Below are positions 39,444 to 49,400 of a DNA stretch of 64,000 nucleotides, one piece after another (within the stretch, counting starts at the first letter, position 1; each line of letters opens with the position of its first letter). Position numbers and translations under genes: made by a program. The DNA is from Fidelibacterota bacterium (GTDB lineage: Bacteria > Fidelibacterota > UBA8477 > JABMPR01). The stretch spans positions 84,071 to 148,070 of the forward strand of contig JABHBL010000096.1 of NCBI GenBank assembly GCA_018673925.1, read 5' to 3'. The notes beneath the pieces are model-generated. The model did no database searches. It was given only the letters and a program-made list of their open reading frames with translations, and was not told the DNA's origin.

Positions 39444-40679
39444 ATGCGACGTAAATATTTGCCTCTAGGTGTTATCATTCTAGCTATTCTGCTGAACGCT
39501 TGTAGTTCACAGAAAGTCGGTGTCTATGATGACTTAAATAAAAGCAAAATGGATAAATCATTTGCTAAATATAGAGGTACTCCATACAAATGGGGTGGAA
39601 CGGAGCCAGGTCGTGGTGTGGATTGCTCAGGCTTCACTTCAGGAGTTTATCGTGATCAGGGTATCATCATTCCCAGAACATCCCGTATGCAATACACCGT
39701 GGGTGACGAGGTGTCCAGAGATGAGCTCCAATATGGAGATCTATTATTCTTTGATACGCTGGGTAAGGGTGTCAGCCATGTTGGTGTCTATACCAAGAGC
39801 GACAATATGATTCACGCTAGTTCAAGTTCTGGGGTAACTGAAGTCCCCATGGATACAGACTACTGGATGAAACGTTACATTGGAGCACGTCGATTGACAG
39901 GATCTGATTACCGTTCTGGTGAAGTTGGCGGAGAGTTCCATTTGTTACCCAAGGCATATCCAATCAGAGTTCGCCGGCTGATTGATATTCCTACCGCAGA
40001 TGTTATTGAAAATCGATTTATTGGTCTGGATATCCAGAATGATGCTCAGGGGAACCTCAGGGTGGCCGGAGCTGTGAGTATCCTGAATCGCTGGGAATTT
40101 GGGGCTGAGGTACAGGTAAACCAATTTCTTGGTCACAATATGGATGATTTTGGATTCGAGCTACCATTCGTCAGCACCAAATTTCGCATCTGGGAGCAAA
40201 AAGGAAAGATAATACCATCCCTGGCTATTGGCGCTGAAAGTAATAGCAGGAACTGGACGGTGACTACAGACACAAACTCCGTAGAGATTGTGGAAAATCG
40301 TTGGAGCCCACCTCGAAATGCTTACGTCGTGGCTTCATATAAATATGAGCGCTTCAAAAAATTACATCTTGGTCGGGGGCGTGTAAGTGGTGGAATGGCC
40401 ATGACAGACCTGTTTGCCTATCATGATACTTCAGCACGTTATGATGGAAATGAAGACACGTTTTTCTTTCTTGGAGTTGAACAACAAATTACTCGCCGTC
40501 TCATGACCACCATAGAATTTGACCATGTTTTTTTAAAAGATGTGGGGATTACCTGGAATATGGGTTTCCAGTTCGCCCTGAATAATTCCTCCAGTATAGC
40601 TTATACCTGGAGAAATGTGGGTGCCAAGGAGCGTTCGTTGGAGCGCGCAATGCAATTTAGTTATATTCTTGAATATTAG
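39444..40679 (+). CDS. NlpC/P60 (C40) peptidase lipoprotein with ~230-aa C-terminal beta-rich domain
   Basis: Start at MRRKYLPLGVIILAILLNACSS (lipobox). Catalytic Cys in GVDCSGFTSGVY and His in GKGVSHVGVY, then H in MIHASSS. C-terminal domain ends in aromatic YILEY. Confidence 0.8.
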   Translation: MRRKYLPLGVIILAILLNACSSQKVGVYDDLNKSKMDKSFAKYRGTPYKWGGTEPGRGVDCSGFTSGVYRDQGIIIPRTSRMQYTVGDEVSRDELQYGDLLFFDTLGKGVSHVGVYTKSDNMIHASSSSGVTEVPMDTDYWMKRYIGARRLTGSDYRSGEVGGEFHLLPKAYPIRVRRLIDIPTADVIENRFIGLDIQNDAQGNLRVAGAVSILNRWEFGAEVQVNQFLGHNMDDFGFELPFVSTKFRIWEQKGKIIPSLAIGAESNSRNWTVTTDTNSVEIVENRWSPPRNAYVVASYKYERFKKLHLGRGRVSGGMAMTDLFAYHDTSARYDGNEDTFFFLGVEQQITRRLMTTIEFDHVFLKDVGITWNMGFQFALNNSSSIAYTWRNVGAKERSLERAMQFSYILEY

Positions 40680-40693
40680 ACTGGAGTCGAGTT

Positions 40694-41566
40694 ATGCCTT
40701 TTCGCTGGAGACCTGATGGAAAATTCATTAAGAATTTGTCAAACACCCGTAGAATTATGCCCTTTCTCATGCATGGTAGGACGGAATCAACTGTTTACTA
40801 TGAACAACATGTAGAGGTAGAAAAGGCCTGGAAGTTTGTAGAAAATTTCCAAAAAGAAACAGGACTGAAAGCTAGTATTTTGCATCTAATTATCTGGAGG
40901 TCTGCTCAGGTTTTGAATGAGCGACCTGGGTTGAATAGATTTGTAGCAGGTCGACGAATCTTCCAACGCGATGGCATTTGGATCAGTTTTTCCATGAAAA
41001 AAGAGATGCATGATGATGCCCCGCTGGTGGTAGTTAAAAAGAAAATAAATCCAGAGTGGACCTTTGAAGAGACAGTTAGAGAGATTCAAGGGGGAATCAA
41101 AAAAGGTCGCGAAGGAGCAAAATCTGTTTCTGATAAGGAAATGGATCTGGTTTTCCTCTTTCCTATGTTCATGGTCAGTTTCTTCACATGGTTGTTGAGG
41201 ACTCTGAATCATTTCGGTTGGTTACCCCTCAGTATGATTAAAGCCGATGAGCTCTATAGCAGTGTTTTTATTGCCAATCTTGGTAGCATTGGCTTACAGC
41301 CAGCCTACCATCATTTATATGAATGGGGTGATACTCCAATTTTTATGGCACTAGGGACGAACGAACCACGGATGGCGCTTGATGAACGGGGTCGACCAGC
41401 AGTGAAAGATATGATGACGATTAAGTACAGTTTTGATGAACGTGTAAATGATGGGTTCTACAGTATAAAAGCCCTGGAACTGTTAAAGAATCTGGTTGAA
41501 AATCCGGAGATGGTTTTGGAAAAGGAACCAGATAAAACACAAACTGAAGAGGCTCTGGGTATTTAG
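40694..41566 (+). CDS. Stand-alone 2-oxoacid dehydrogenase E2-like (CAT-fold) acyltransferase domain protein with catalytic His replaced by Glu
   Basis: Recalled similarity to E2 catalytic domains. IWRSAQVLNERPGLNRFV matches FYVKAVVEALKRYPEVNASI of E2. KDMMTIKYSFDERVNDG aligns to the LSxDHRxxDG active-site motif, with E in place of H. Terminal LLKNLVENPEMVL matches ...LLE(D/N)P. No lipoyl or subunit-binding domain. Confidence 0.55.
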   Translation: MPFRWRPDGKFIKNLSNTRRIMPFLMHGRTESTVYYEQHVEVEKAWKFVENFQKETGLKASILHLIIWRSAQVLNERPGLNRFVAGRRIFQRDGIWISFSMKKEMHDDAPLVVVKKKINPEWTFEETVREIQGGIKKGREGAKSVSDKEMDLVFLFPMFMVSFFTWLLRTLNHFGWLPLSMIKADELYSSVFIANLGSIGLQPAYHHLYEWGDTPIFMALGTNEPRMALDERGRPAVKDMMTIKYSFDERVNDGFYSIKALELLKNLVENPEMVLEKEPDKTQTEEALGI

Positions 41567-41589
41567 TTCCCACGAGCTAGTGACCTAAT

Positions 41590-42432
41590 ATGAACATCGG
41601 TTTTCTACATCCTGGAGCCATGGGAATATCTCTGGCGGTCTCAGCCCAGGCAACTGGGCACCAGGCTTTTTGGGTATCAGAGGGGAGAAGTGAAGAGACC
41701 AGAGCAAGAGCAGCAACCCACAACCTCTCCGAATTGAATTCATTAGCGGATTTTTGCGAAGCATGCGATATAATTATTTCGGTATGTCCCCCCCACGCGG
41801 CAGTGGATGTTGCCCATCAAATCATGGAATATTCCTTCAAGGGTATCTATGCCGATGTCAATGCCGTATCTCCTGAGAAGGCAAATACCATATACCAATT
41901 AATGAGCTCAAAAGACATCGAGTTTGTAGATGGTGGAATCATTGGAGGACCGGCCTGGGAAGCAAAGAGTACCTGGCTTTATCTCGCCGGGCAGAAAGCA
42001 GCTGAAGTAGCGGCCTGTTTTCATGGGGGATTGCTGGAGACGGAACTCATGGGACCTGAAATTGGGAAAGCCTCGGCCATTAAGATGAGCTTTGCTGCAT
42101 ATACCAAAGGATCCACAGCCCTCCTTTGTGCCATCATGTCAGCAGCCGATGAGATGGGTGTTCGACAGGCTTTAGAAAAACAATGGTCTCGCAGCGGTTC
42201 TGACTTTACTGAGCGTACCCACAATCGACTCCGCCGTGTTACCGCCAAGGCCTGGCGATTCTCTGGAGAAATGGAAGAGATTGCTTCCACCATGAAAAGT
42301 GCCGGTCAGCCCCAGGGGTTTCACCTTGCAGCTAGCGAAATTTATAAGCGTATATCAAAATTTAAAGGTGCAGACTCAATACCTACAGTAGAGGATGTTC
42401 TTGAAGCACTGAAACATGATTCCAAGATATAA
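41590..42432 (+). CDS. NAD(P)-binding oxidoreductase, 6-phosphogluconate/3-hydroxyisobutyrate dehydrogenase-like (NAD_binding_2 + DUF1932-like)
   Basis: Rossmann motif IGFLHPGAMG at the N-terminus. Helical C-terminal domain. Confidence 0.55.
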   Translation: MNIGFLHPGAMGISLAVSAQATGHQAFWVSEGRSEETRARAATHNLSELNSLADFCEACDIIISVCPPHAAVDVAHQIMEYSFKGIYADVNAVSPEKANTIYQLMSSKDIEFVDGGIIGGPAWEAKSTWLYLAGQKAAEVAACFHGGLLETELMGPEIGKASAIKMSFAAYTKGSTALLCAIMSAADEMGVRQALEKQWSRSGSDFTERTHNRLRRVTAKAWRFSGEMEEIASTMKSAGQPQGFHLAASEIYKRISKFKGADSIPTVEDVLEALKHDSKI

Positions 42433-42497
42433 TAACTTTAATTATCGTAGCGTACAGATTGTAATACATTTGAATTACCTTTTGGGGAGGTACCAAT

Positions 42498-43619
42498 ATG
42501 GATAGTTATTTTGCAACAGCTGAGCGCGCAACCGCAGAGCAGCTACACTCTGCACATGAAATCATCTCCCAAAGCATTGTTGTCGAAGGCTTGCTGGAAA
42601 CAGTAGGCGGTCTTCTAGCTGTTTTGAATGAACAGCGTCAAATTATTTCACTAAACGATTCCTTTCTGAAGATGTTGGGCGTTGAGGATCCTATGCATGC
42701 CCTGGGTCTGAGGCCTGGAAATGCATTGGATTGCATCCATGCCCAGGGTGAACCAGCAGGCTGCGGTACCACAAAGTATTGCTCAACCTGTGGGACGGTT
42801 AAAGCTATCATGGCTAGCTTGGAGACCAATAAAGCTGTCGAAGATACCTGCGCCCTCAAGGCCAAACATAAGGACGAGGATGTAGATCTTGCCTTGAAAG
42901 TAAGATCTCATCCCATCACCATTGAAGGCTCACGATTTATTATGCTCTTTTTACAGGACATTACTCTTGAACAGCGCAGAGCTGCCCTTGAAAGAACCTT
43001 TTTTCATGACATAAATAATATGTTGTCTGGACTGGTGGGGGCCAGCGAATTACTGGCAATGGATGGCAATAAATCCCCAATGGTTGATATCGTCCGCAGA
43101 TCCTCCTTGCGTTTGCAGAAGGCTGTTGAGATTCAACGATTTTTGCTGGATAGCGACGCTGATTATGCGGATCTGCTTCAACAGAGTGTCTCCCTGAAGC
43201 AAATTCGAGAAGACTTGACAACTCTATTTTTAGAACATCCATCTACTCTGAATAAAACCCTTAATTTTTCACCACAATATGAAGATTTTGTTCTACTGAC
43301 TGATATCTCTCTCCTGGAACGGGTATTGGCAAATATGATTACCAATGCGTTGGAGGCGTCGGAAGCTGGTGAGAGAGTGGACGTTTCCATCGCGCTTGAA
43401 ACAGACAAAATAAGTTTTAGTGTTCACAACAATCAAATCATCCCCGACGATGTTCGACTCAGGGTATTTCAACGCAATTTCAGCACCAAAGGGGGCTCTG
43501 GTCGGGGATTGGGTACATTCTCCATGAAGCTATTCGGCGAGAAAATATTGGGCGGAAAAGTAAGTTTCACTTCCAGATCAGGGGAGGGGACGGTCTTTAC
43601 CATCTCGCTTCCCCTTTGA
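42498..43619 (+). CDS. Soluble sensor histidine kinase with N-terminal Cys-rich PAS-like domain
   Basis: No TM segments. Cys cluster DCIHAQGEPAGCGTTKYCSTCG (C-x9-C-x5-C-x2-C). H-box FFHDINNMLSGL (NtrB-like HEIKNPL). HATPase N-box NMITNALEAS, G2 GGSGRGLG. Confidence 0.65.
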   Translation: MDSYFATAERATAEQLHSAHEIISQSIVVEGLLETVGGLLAVLNEQRQIISLNDSFLKMLGVEDPMHALGLRPGNALDCIHAQGEPAGCGTTKYCSTCGTVKAIMASLETNKAVEDTCALKAKHKDEDVDLALKVRSHPITIEGSRFIMLFLQDITLEQRRAALERTFFHDINNMLSGLVGASELLAMDGNKSPMVDIVRRSSLRLQKAVEIQRFLLDSDADYADLLQQSVSLKQIREDLTTLFLEHPSTLNKTLNFSPQYEDFVLLTDISLLERVLANMITNALEASEAGERVDVSIALETDKISFSVHNNQIIPDDVRLRVFQRNFSTKGGSGRGLGTFSMKLFGEKILGGKVSFTSRSGEGTVFTISLPL

Positions 43620-44119
43620 TGGCATCCTATATGATTAAACGAACGCTGATTGTTCTCATTTCTATTCTAAGCCTGCAGGCCATGGACCCTGAGTTGCCCA
43701 AAGCATACAGGTATCTCGATATTCAGGAAGTTTTCCACAAATGGCGTCATGAAGAACCTGGACAGTTCATTTTCAGTGGCGGTGATTTCAATGGTGACTC
43801 CCGCTACGATGGTGCCCAGCTCGTGGTTAAGCACGCTACCAATCAAATCGTCCTGCTCGTTTTTCTACAGGATTTTGAGGGTCAATCGTTTCATTGGATT
43901 GAGTTGACCAGTTTTCCAATGGAATCAATAGAAAGTGTTGGGATTCAAGTCATCAATCCCATGGAGATTACCTTTTTCAAGAATCCAAAAAGTAATCTGA
44001 AATCCAGACTATACCTTATGACAGATGCCATTAATCTTTTTATGGATGAGGGGCCTGCATCTGTTTTTTTCTGGGATGCTGGCGAAAAAACATTTAAGCG
44101 TGCTTGGCTTGAAAAATAA
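43619..44119 (+). CDS. Secreted hypothetical protein, start overlapping the HK stop (TGATG)
   Basis: Signal peptide MASYMIKRTLIVLISILSLQA. No recognised domain. Confidence 0.4.
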   Translation: MASYMIKRTLIVLISILSLQAMDPELPKAYRYLDIQEVFHKWRHEEPGQFIFSGGDFNGDSRYDGAQLVVKHATNQIVLLVFLQDFEGQSFHWIELTSFPMESIESVGIQVINPMEITFFKNPKSNLKSRLYLMTDAINLFMDEGPASVFFWDAGEKTFKRAWLEK

Positions 44120-44153
44120 AGCCCCTGTTTCTACCCACCTTCCGATGTACTGA

Positions 44154-44576
44154 ATGTCAAATCTAACTCGCAAAACCATCTTGGTCGTAATACTGGAGCT
44201 TGGTCTGGCTTGTATCAGTATATTTAGGTTGGGTCAGGTATTTAATGGTGATTTCTATAAATTGTATTATGGCTATTTCGGAGATGTCCAGATTCCCTTT
44301 GCTGCCTACTTCCTTCTGTCAATAAATGAGGAGTCGATTCCATTTCTTAGACCGTGGCTTATGAAGTTTGGGATCGTGTTTCTGGTGATGACAACCTCAG
44401 AAATTGCACAGTTTTTTGGAGTGGAGTTATTTGGCGTAACCTTTGATCCCTATGACATTCTCGCTTATGGACTGGGGGTGACTCTGGCTGCGTTGGTGGA
44501 TGTGAAAATATTTGGCAAATACCTGAGCTTTTGGAAAGTATCCCAATCAAACCAATCTGAAATTGAGGATTTATGA
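44154..44576 (+). CDS. Small 4-TM membrane protein (hypothetical)
   Basis: Four hydrophobic helices. ATGA overlap with the downstream EamA gene. Confidence 0.4.
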   Translation: MSNLTRKTILVVILELGLACISIFRLGQVFNGDFYKLYYGYFGDVQIPFAAYFLLSINEESIPFLRPWLMKFGIVFLVMTTSEIAQFFGVELFGVTFDPYDILAYGLGVTLAALVDVKIFGKYLSFWKVSQSNQSEIEDL

Positions 44577-45469
44577 CCGAGCAGCGTCTTCATCATATTT
44601 TTGCGGTTTCCCAGGCTTTACTGGTAACCTTCCTCTGGTCCACATCATTTATTATTATCAAATGGGGGTTGGCAGATATTCCACCCATTACTTTTGCAGG
44701 TTTAAGATATTTTCTGGCTTTTTTATGTTTCCTGCCCTTCATCTTTAAAAAGAAATATGTGGATGAGATCAAGGGACTTTCTCCCCAGCAGTGGACGAAA
44801 TTAATCTTATTGGGATTTGTTTTTTATACACTGACACAGGGGACCCAGTTTTTAGGATTATCTCTATTGCCTGCTGTGAGTGTGAGCCTCATGTTGAATT
44901 TTACTCCCATCATGGTGGCTATCATGGGTATCGTCTTTATCAATGAAATCCCCAGCCGTTTACAATGGTCTGGGGCAGTCATTTTTATAGTAGGAATCAT
45001 TTTTTACTTTTTTCCAATTTCGCTTGAAGGAAATCAGGGTCTGGGATTAATGGTCATGGCCTTCGGAGTACTGGCTAACTCAGGAGCAGGTATCCTTGGA
45101 AGAGATATCAATCGCCAACGTAATATCAGCCCGGTCATCATCACCTTTATCAGCATGGGTGTAGGTTCAATCATATTACTGCTTTCAGGTTTCCTCTATA
45201 CGGGGATACCGGTAATAAATACTGAGAACTGGCTGTATCTGATCTGGCTGGCCGTGGTGAACACCGCCTTCGCATTTACATTGTGGAATCATACCCTGCG
45301 TTCGATCTCAGCCATGGAATCAAGCATTATCAATGGTACCATGTTGATACAAATTGCTTTTCTTGCCTGGTTTTTCCTGGATGAAAAGATCACCACGCAG
45401 GAAGGACTCGGAATGGGGATTGCGGCATTGGGAGCGACTCTGGTTCAGCTTAAACGCAGCAAGACATGA
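44573..45469 (+). CDS. EamA/DMT-family transporter (10 TM)
   Basis: Duplicated EamA halves. Typical motifs FAGLRYFLAF and FTLWNHTLRSISAMESSIINGTMLIQIAFLAWFFLDE. Confidence 0.7.
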   Translation: MTEQRLHHIFAVSQALLVTFLWSTSFIIIKWGLADIPPITFAGLRYFLAFLCFLPFIFKKKYVDEIKGLSPQQWTKLILLGFVFYTLTQGTQFLGLSLLPAVSVSLMLNFTPIMVAIMGIVFINEIPSRLQWSGAVIFIVGIIFYFFPISLEGNQGLGLMVMAFGVLANSGAGILGRDINRQRNISPVIITFISMGVGSIILLLSGFLYTGIPVINTENWLYLIWLAVVNTAFAFTLWNHTLRSISAMESSIINGTMLIQIAFLAWFFLDEKITTQEGLGMGIAALGATLVQLKRSKT

Positions 45470-45609
45470 AAATACTGTGGCAGAGGGGGGACGCATGAGT
45501 ATTGTAGATTGGAGTTCTATTAACTACATTCATCCACTATCTAATGAATCTGAACACTAGCTTTTTTGACTGATAAACGTTCCTCAATGAGAACAGTACC
45601 AGGGATGAC

Positions 45610-45822
45610 TTGATGCAACATAGTAATTGGCAATGTCCAAAATGTAAAAATGATGAATATGAAACTGGTCAGTTTGCTGCTACCGGCGGTGGGCTTTCAA
45701 AAATATTTGATGTCCAAAATAAAAAATTTACCACAGTTACTTGTGTGAATTGTAGGTATACAGAAATTTATAAATCTGAGACTAGTGCTCTTGGTAATAT
45801 ACTGGACTTGTTTACAGGTTAG
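45610..45822 (+). CDS. Zinc-ribbon protein (DUF2082/zinc_ribbon_13-like)
   Basis: WQCPKCKN-x(37)-VTCVNCRYTEIY: two CxxC knuckles in the arrangement of predicted nucleic-acid-binding Zn-ribbon proteins. Confidence 0.5.
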   Translation: MMQHSNWQCPKCKNDEYETGQFAATGGGLSKIFDVQNKKFTTVTCVNCRYTEIYKSETSALGNILDLFTG

Positions 45823-45834
45823 TCCAGTCATTTA

Positions 45835-45868
45835 GTTTTAAGTTAGGCTTCTTAGAATAACTTAAAAC
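45835..45868. other. Perfect 11-bp inverted repeat hairpin (GTTTTAAGTTA-N12-TAACTTAAAAC)
   Basis: Seen directly. AT-rich stem with no T-tract, so either a weak terminator or a protein-binding palindrome. Confidence 0.4.
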
Positions 45869-45906
45869 AGGTTATTTATACAACTCATTTTGCTTGAGAG
45901 GAAAGC

Positions 45907-46332
45907 ATGAGCCCAATAGATCTATTTGCAGCAGCAATCACAATTGTATTGTTTATTGTTTTAGCCTTCAAAATATATAATAATACTAAACAGATGCGGG
46001 GTACAAAGAAGAAGTCTGGGAGTGGCAAAGCCGACGACATGATGCATGACTTTATGGATCAACCAGTTTTGTGGGCTAAGCTATCCAAAGGTCTTGAAGC
46101 CAGTGGTCCAGATGAAGAGCTGAGCATGACCCTCATGGTTAATGCCGCATTCCAAGGTTTTGAGGCTCAGTGCGAGGAAGCTGATGCTGGATCTCTAGAT
46201 GAGAATGAAATTCTCGCCTTGGAGGAAGCTGTTCATAGAATATGTGCCATGCCTGGCGTGGCAAAATATATGGCTGACCTAAAACCTGATTTCTCTCAGA
46301 GGTTACTTAATATTATTGCTCAACAATCGTAG
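45907..46332 (+). CDS. Small N-terminally membrane-anchored hypothetical protein
   Basis: Single N-terminal TM (LFAAAITIVLFIVLAF), basic linker, acidic C-terminal domain. Confidence 0.35.
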   Translation: MSPIDLFAAAITIVLFIVLAFKIYNNTKQMRGTKKKSGSGKADDMMHDFMDQPVLWAKLSKGLEASGPDEELSMTLMVNAAFQGFEAQCEEADAGSLDENEILALEEAVHRICAMPGVAKYMADLKPDFSQRLLNIIAQQS

Positions 46333-46414
46333 CTACCTTTCCTTTTTATATCAGCGCAGAATGTGGCTATTTGTATCAACCTTAAACAGCTTTACATCCC
46401 AAAAATAAAACATC

Positions 46415-49400
46415 ATGAGTATTGATCTAAACAAAGTATTTGATCTCAATAAAAACATATTTATTGAGGCTTGTGCAGGTGCCGGGAAAACCTGGCTGCT
46501 TTCAAAACGCTACTCAACTATCATGAATGATTTTGCGAGGCAGCATGAGAATCTGATTTCAAAAAAAGATGCTTCAAATATTCTGGTTATCACTTTTACT
46601 CGAAAAGCCGCGGCTGAAATGGCTGGACGTATTTATGAAGACTTGAATAAATTGCTTAATGATGAAGCACTGGAAAATGTTGAGTCTGACTTTGGATCCT
46701 CCTTACGGTCTGCATCTGAGAGCACCAAAATGCATTTGCGTTCGACATTTTCTAAAAATGCCATTTCAACCATAGATTCATTTTGTGCACAAATCCTGAG
46801 AGAACAGGCGGAACGCCTTGATATTGATCCAGAATTCAGGATTCAGGATGAGGCTGACACGCAACGTATGGAATTGGAAACCTGGGAGAAATATTTAGGT
46901 GAGTGTAGCCGTAATGATGACAAAGATTTAAAAACTCTACTGGATCATCTTTCCGTTCGGCATATCAGCGAGTATGTAAAAAAGTTTCAATCTCATGCCC
47001 AATTGATGGTGGGCTGGTTAGAACATCACAGCAGCACATCTCCTGAGGACCTCCAGACTGAATTTAAAACAAAGCATCCACTGCCAGCTTCACTAGCAGA
47101 GATTGAGCCCGTTCTCATTCAACTACTGGATGGATTGCCCACGTCAGAGAAGATGTTGGATAGCAATCATTCCCAGTATCAGGTACTCAGAGATCTTCTG
47201 GAACTTCTGAGCAACCCCATTGAAGACGACTATCGATATGGTCAGGAGCTTATAGAGTTTGTCCGTCGGATCGCCTTAACCAAGGATCGCAAAAATTATT
47301 TGAAGCGTCCCTCGGTTCCTTCAAATGTTTGGCCAGAGGATTTTAAAGACGAGGTCAGGGCGCGTTTAAGAGAATTCAAGGATAGGGCAGAGCAACTCTT
47401 TCCCTATGAAACCCTGATGCATGAGATCCCTAGCGTGTGGGATATAGAAGCCTGTCTGGTGAACCACCATTTCGCAAAATTCTTTCAAGGGTATTGGGAA
47501 GCTCTAAATCAACGCCTGAAGCGTGAAGGCATATTGAGCTTCAACGAAGTCATGTTGAAAACCAGAGAAATTCTTAGGGATGATCAGATAGCTGCCCTTT
47601 ATGGTCAACGATATCAGCATATCCTCTTTGATGAGTTCCAGGACACCAACGATGTACGTTGGGATATTGTAAGACTCATTGCAGAGGCTGGCCAGGGGGT
47701 CCTTCGTAATCGGGGACTCTTCATCGTGGGTGATACGAAGCAATCTATCTATCGATTCAATCAGGCTGATGTCCAAGTCATGAATCGAGTGAGGAAGATC
47801 ATTAAAAAGGGCGATGGATGGGTCCTTACTGCTGACGAAACCTACCGTTCATCACAAAAATATGTGTCTGAAGTCATCAACCCTTTGATCAGTTCAGCTT
47901 TCCCTGGTGACGAGGATCGTGACAGCATCGAATTGTACGAGACTGTCTTCAGGCCATCTAATGCAGCTAAAAGCACTAAGAAAGATGATAATAGTACAGG
48001 CATATCCCGTTGTACTGTCAGTGTTGTGCTGGATGATAAAGCTTCCAGGGGCTCAGCAGTGGATATTTACAAGACAGCTGATTTGACTCTGGAATGGCTG
48101 GAGTGGGTAAATGAAAATGAGTTGGAGCCTGAGAGCGGACCTTCTATCGGTATCCTGCTGAGATCGTTTACACCTATTCTGGATTACATTCGCATTTTCA
48201 CCCGCAAGGGTATTGAGTTTGAAGTTTTATCGAGTAAAGGTTTGTTTGAGCAACAAGAGAGCTTTGATGTTTACCATTTAATTAGCGTCTTACTTAACCC
48301 GCTGGATGATCAGGCTCTTGTGGGAATTTTAAGAAGTCCATTCTTTGTAATGAAGGATGAGGATATTCAACGACTAAAGGATGCTTCCAGAGATCGCAGC
48401 AACTCGGGGTGGGTCTGGAATGGACTCAAGCAGTTGAATCCAGAAATATGTGACACACTGAGAGACTGGCAGCAGGCCAGTGCACGGGAGCCCCTGGATC
48501 GACTCATTGAGAAAATAATCTCTGAAGATGAAAGAAGGTTGTCCTGGATATCTGAAACGGGTGGGGTATTGCGTTTGGCGAATCTGGATCGAATTATTCT
48601 CATGGTTCATCAGCTTTCACTTGATGGTCTGGGTGTCAGAGAAATTCATGAGTACTTCAAATTCCAGATTCAACATGGCGATGCATCGCAGGCCGAACTT
48701 CCGGGAGCAGCCAGGGTTCAGATTCTGACCATACACAAGGCCAAGGGGCTTGAATATCCTGTGGTTCTTTTACCTGGCATGCAATCGCCTATACCATCTG
48801 ACAGAAGTGGTGTATTTATTGGTCGTCATGAGGGTGACTGGCAAGCCGGTATTACTTTAGACTCAAAAAGAGCCAGTCATAAAACATGGATGTATGAACA
48901 GATTAAGGAGCAAACGAAGGCTGAAGAGGAGGCCGAAGATAAAAGATTGTTCTATGTTGCTGTGACTCGCGCCAAGTACGGCGTTGGCTTTATAGCCAAA
49001 ATAAAACCTGATACAAAAGCGTCAGCCACTTCCCGCTGGGGCCGATATCTGCACCCTGTGTTTGACCTGGATTTAGATAAAGACCTAGCGCTTAACGATC
49101 CACAAGCCTTGCAAAAGGAATGGCAGGACAGATCAACTGCAGCTGTGAATTATGATCTGACCATGGGGTCAGATATTCTCCTCTCCGAAGCTGGGCGATC
49201 AATTTCCGCAGCAGCTGATATTACTCAAATTGATCCAGTCATGCAGTCACTGGTGTACAGCGAAATTTCTCCTCATACCATCATGAAGTGGATGGATAAG
49301 AAGAAATATGCCGGATCTGATGAAGGTCAACTGGGTGATGACCTCGATCTGGAAACTGCACCCAAAACATTTGGATTACTTCTGCACCGTGCCATGGAAT

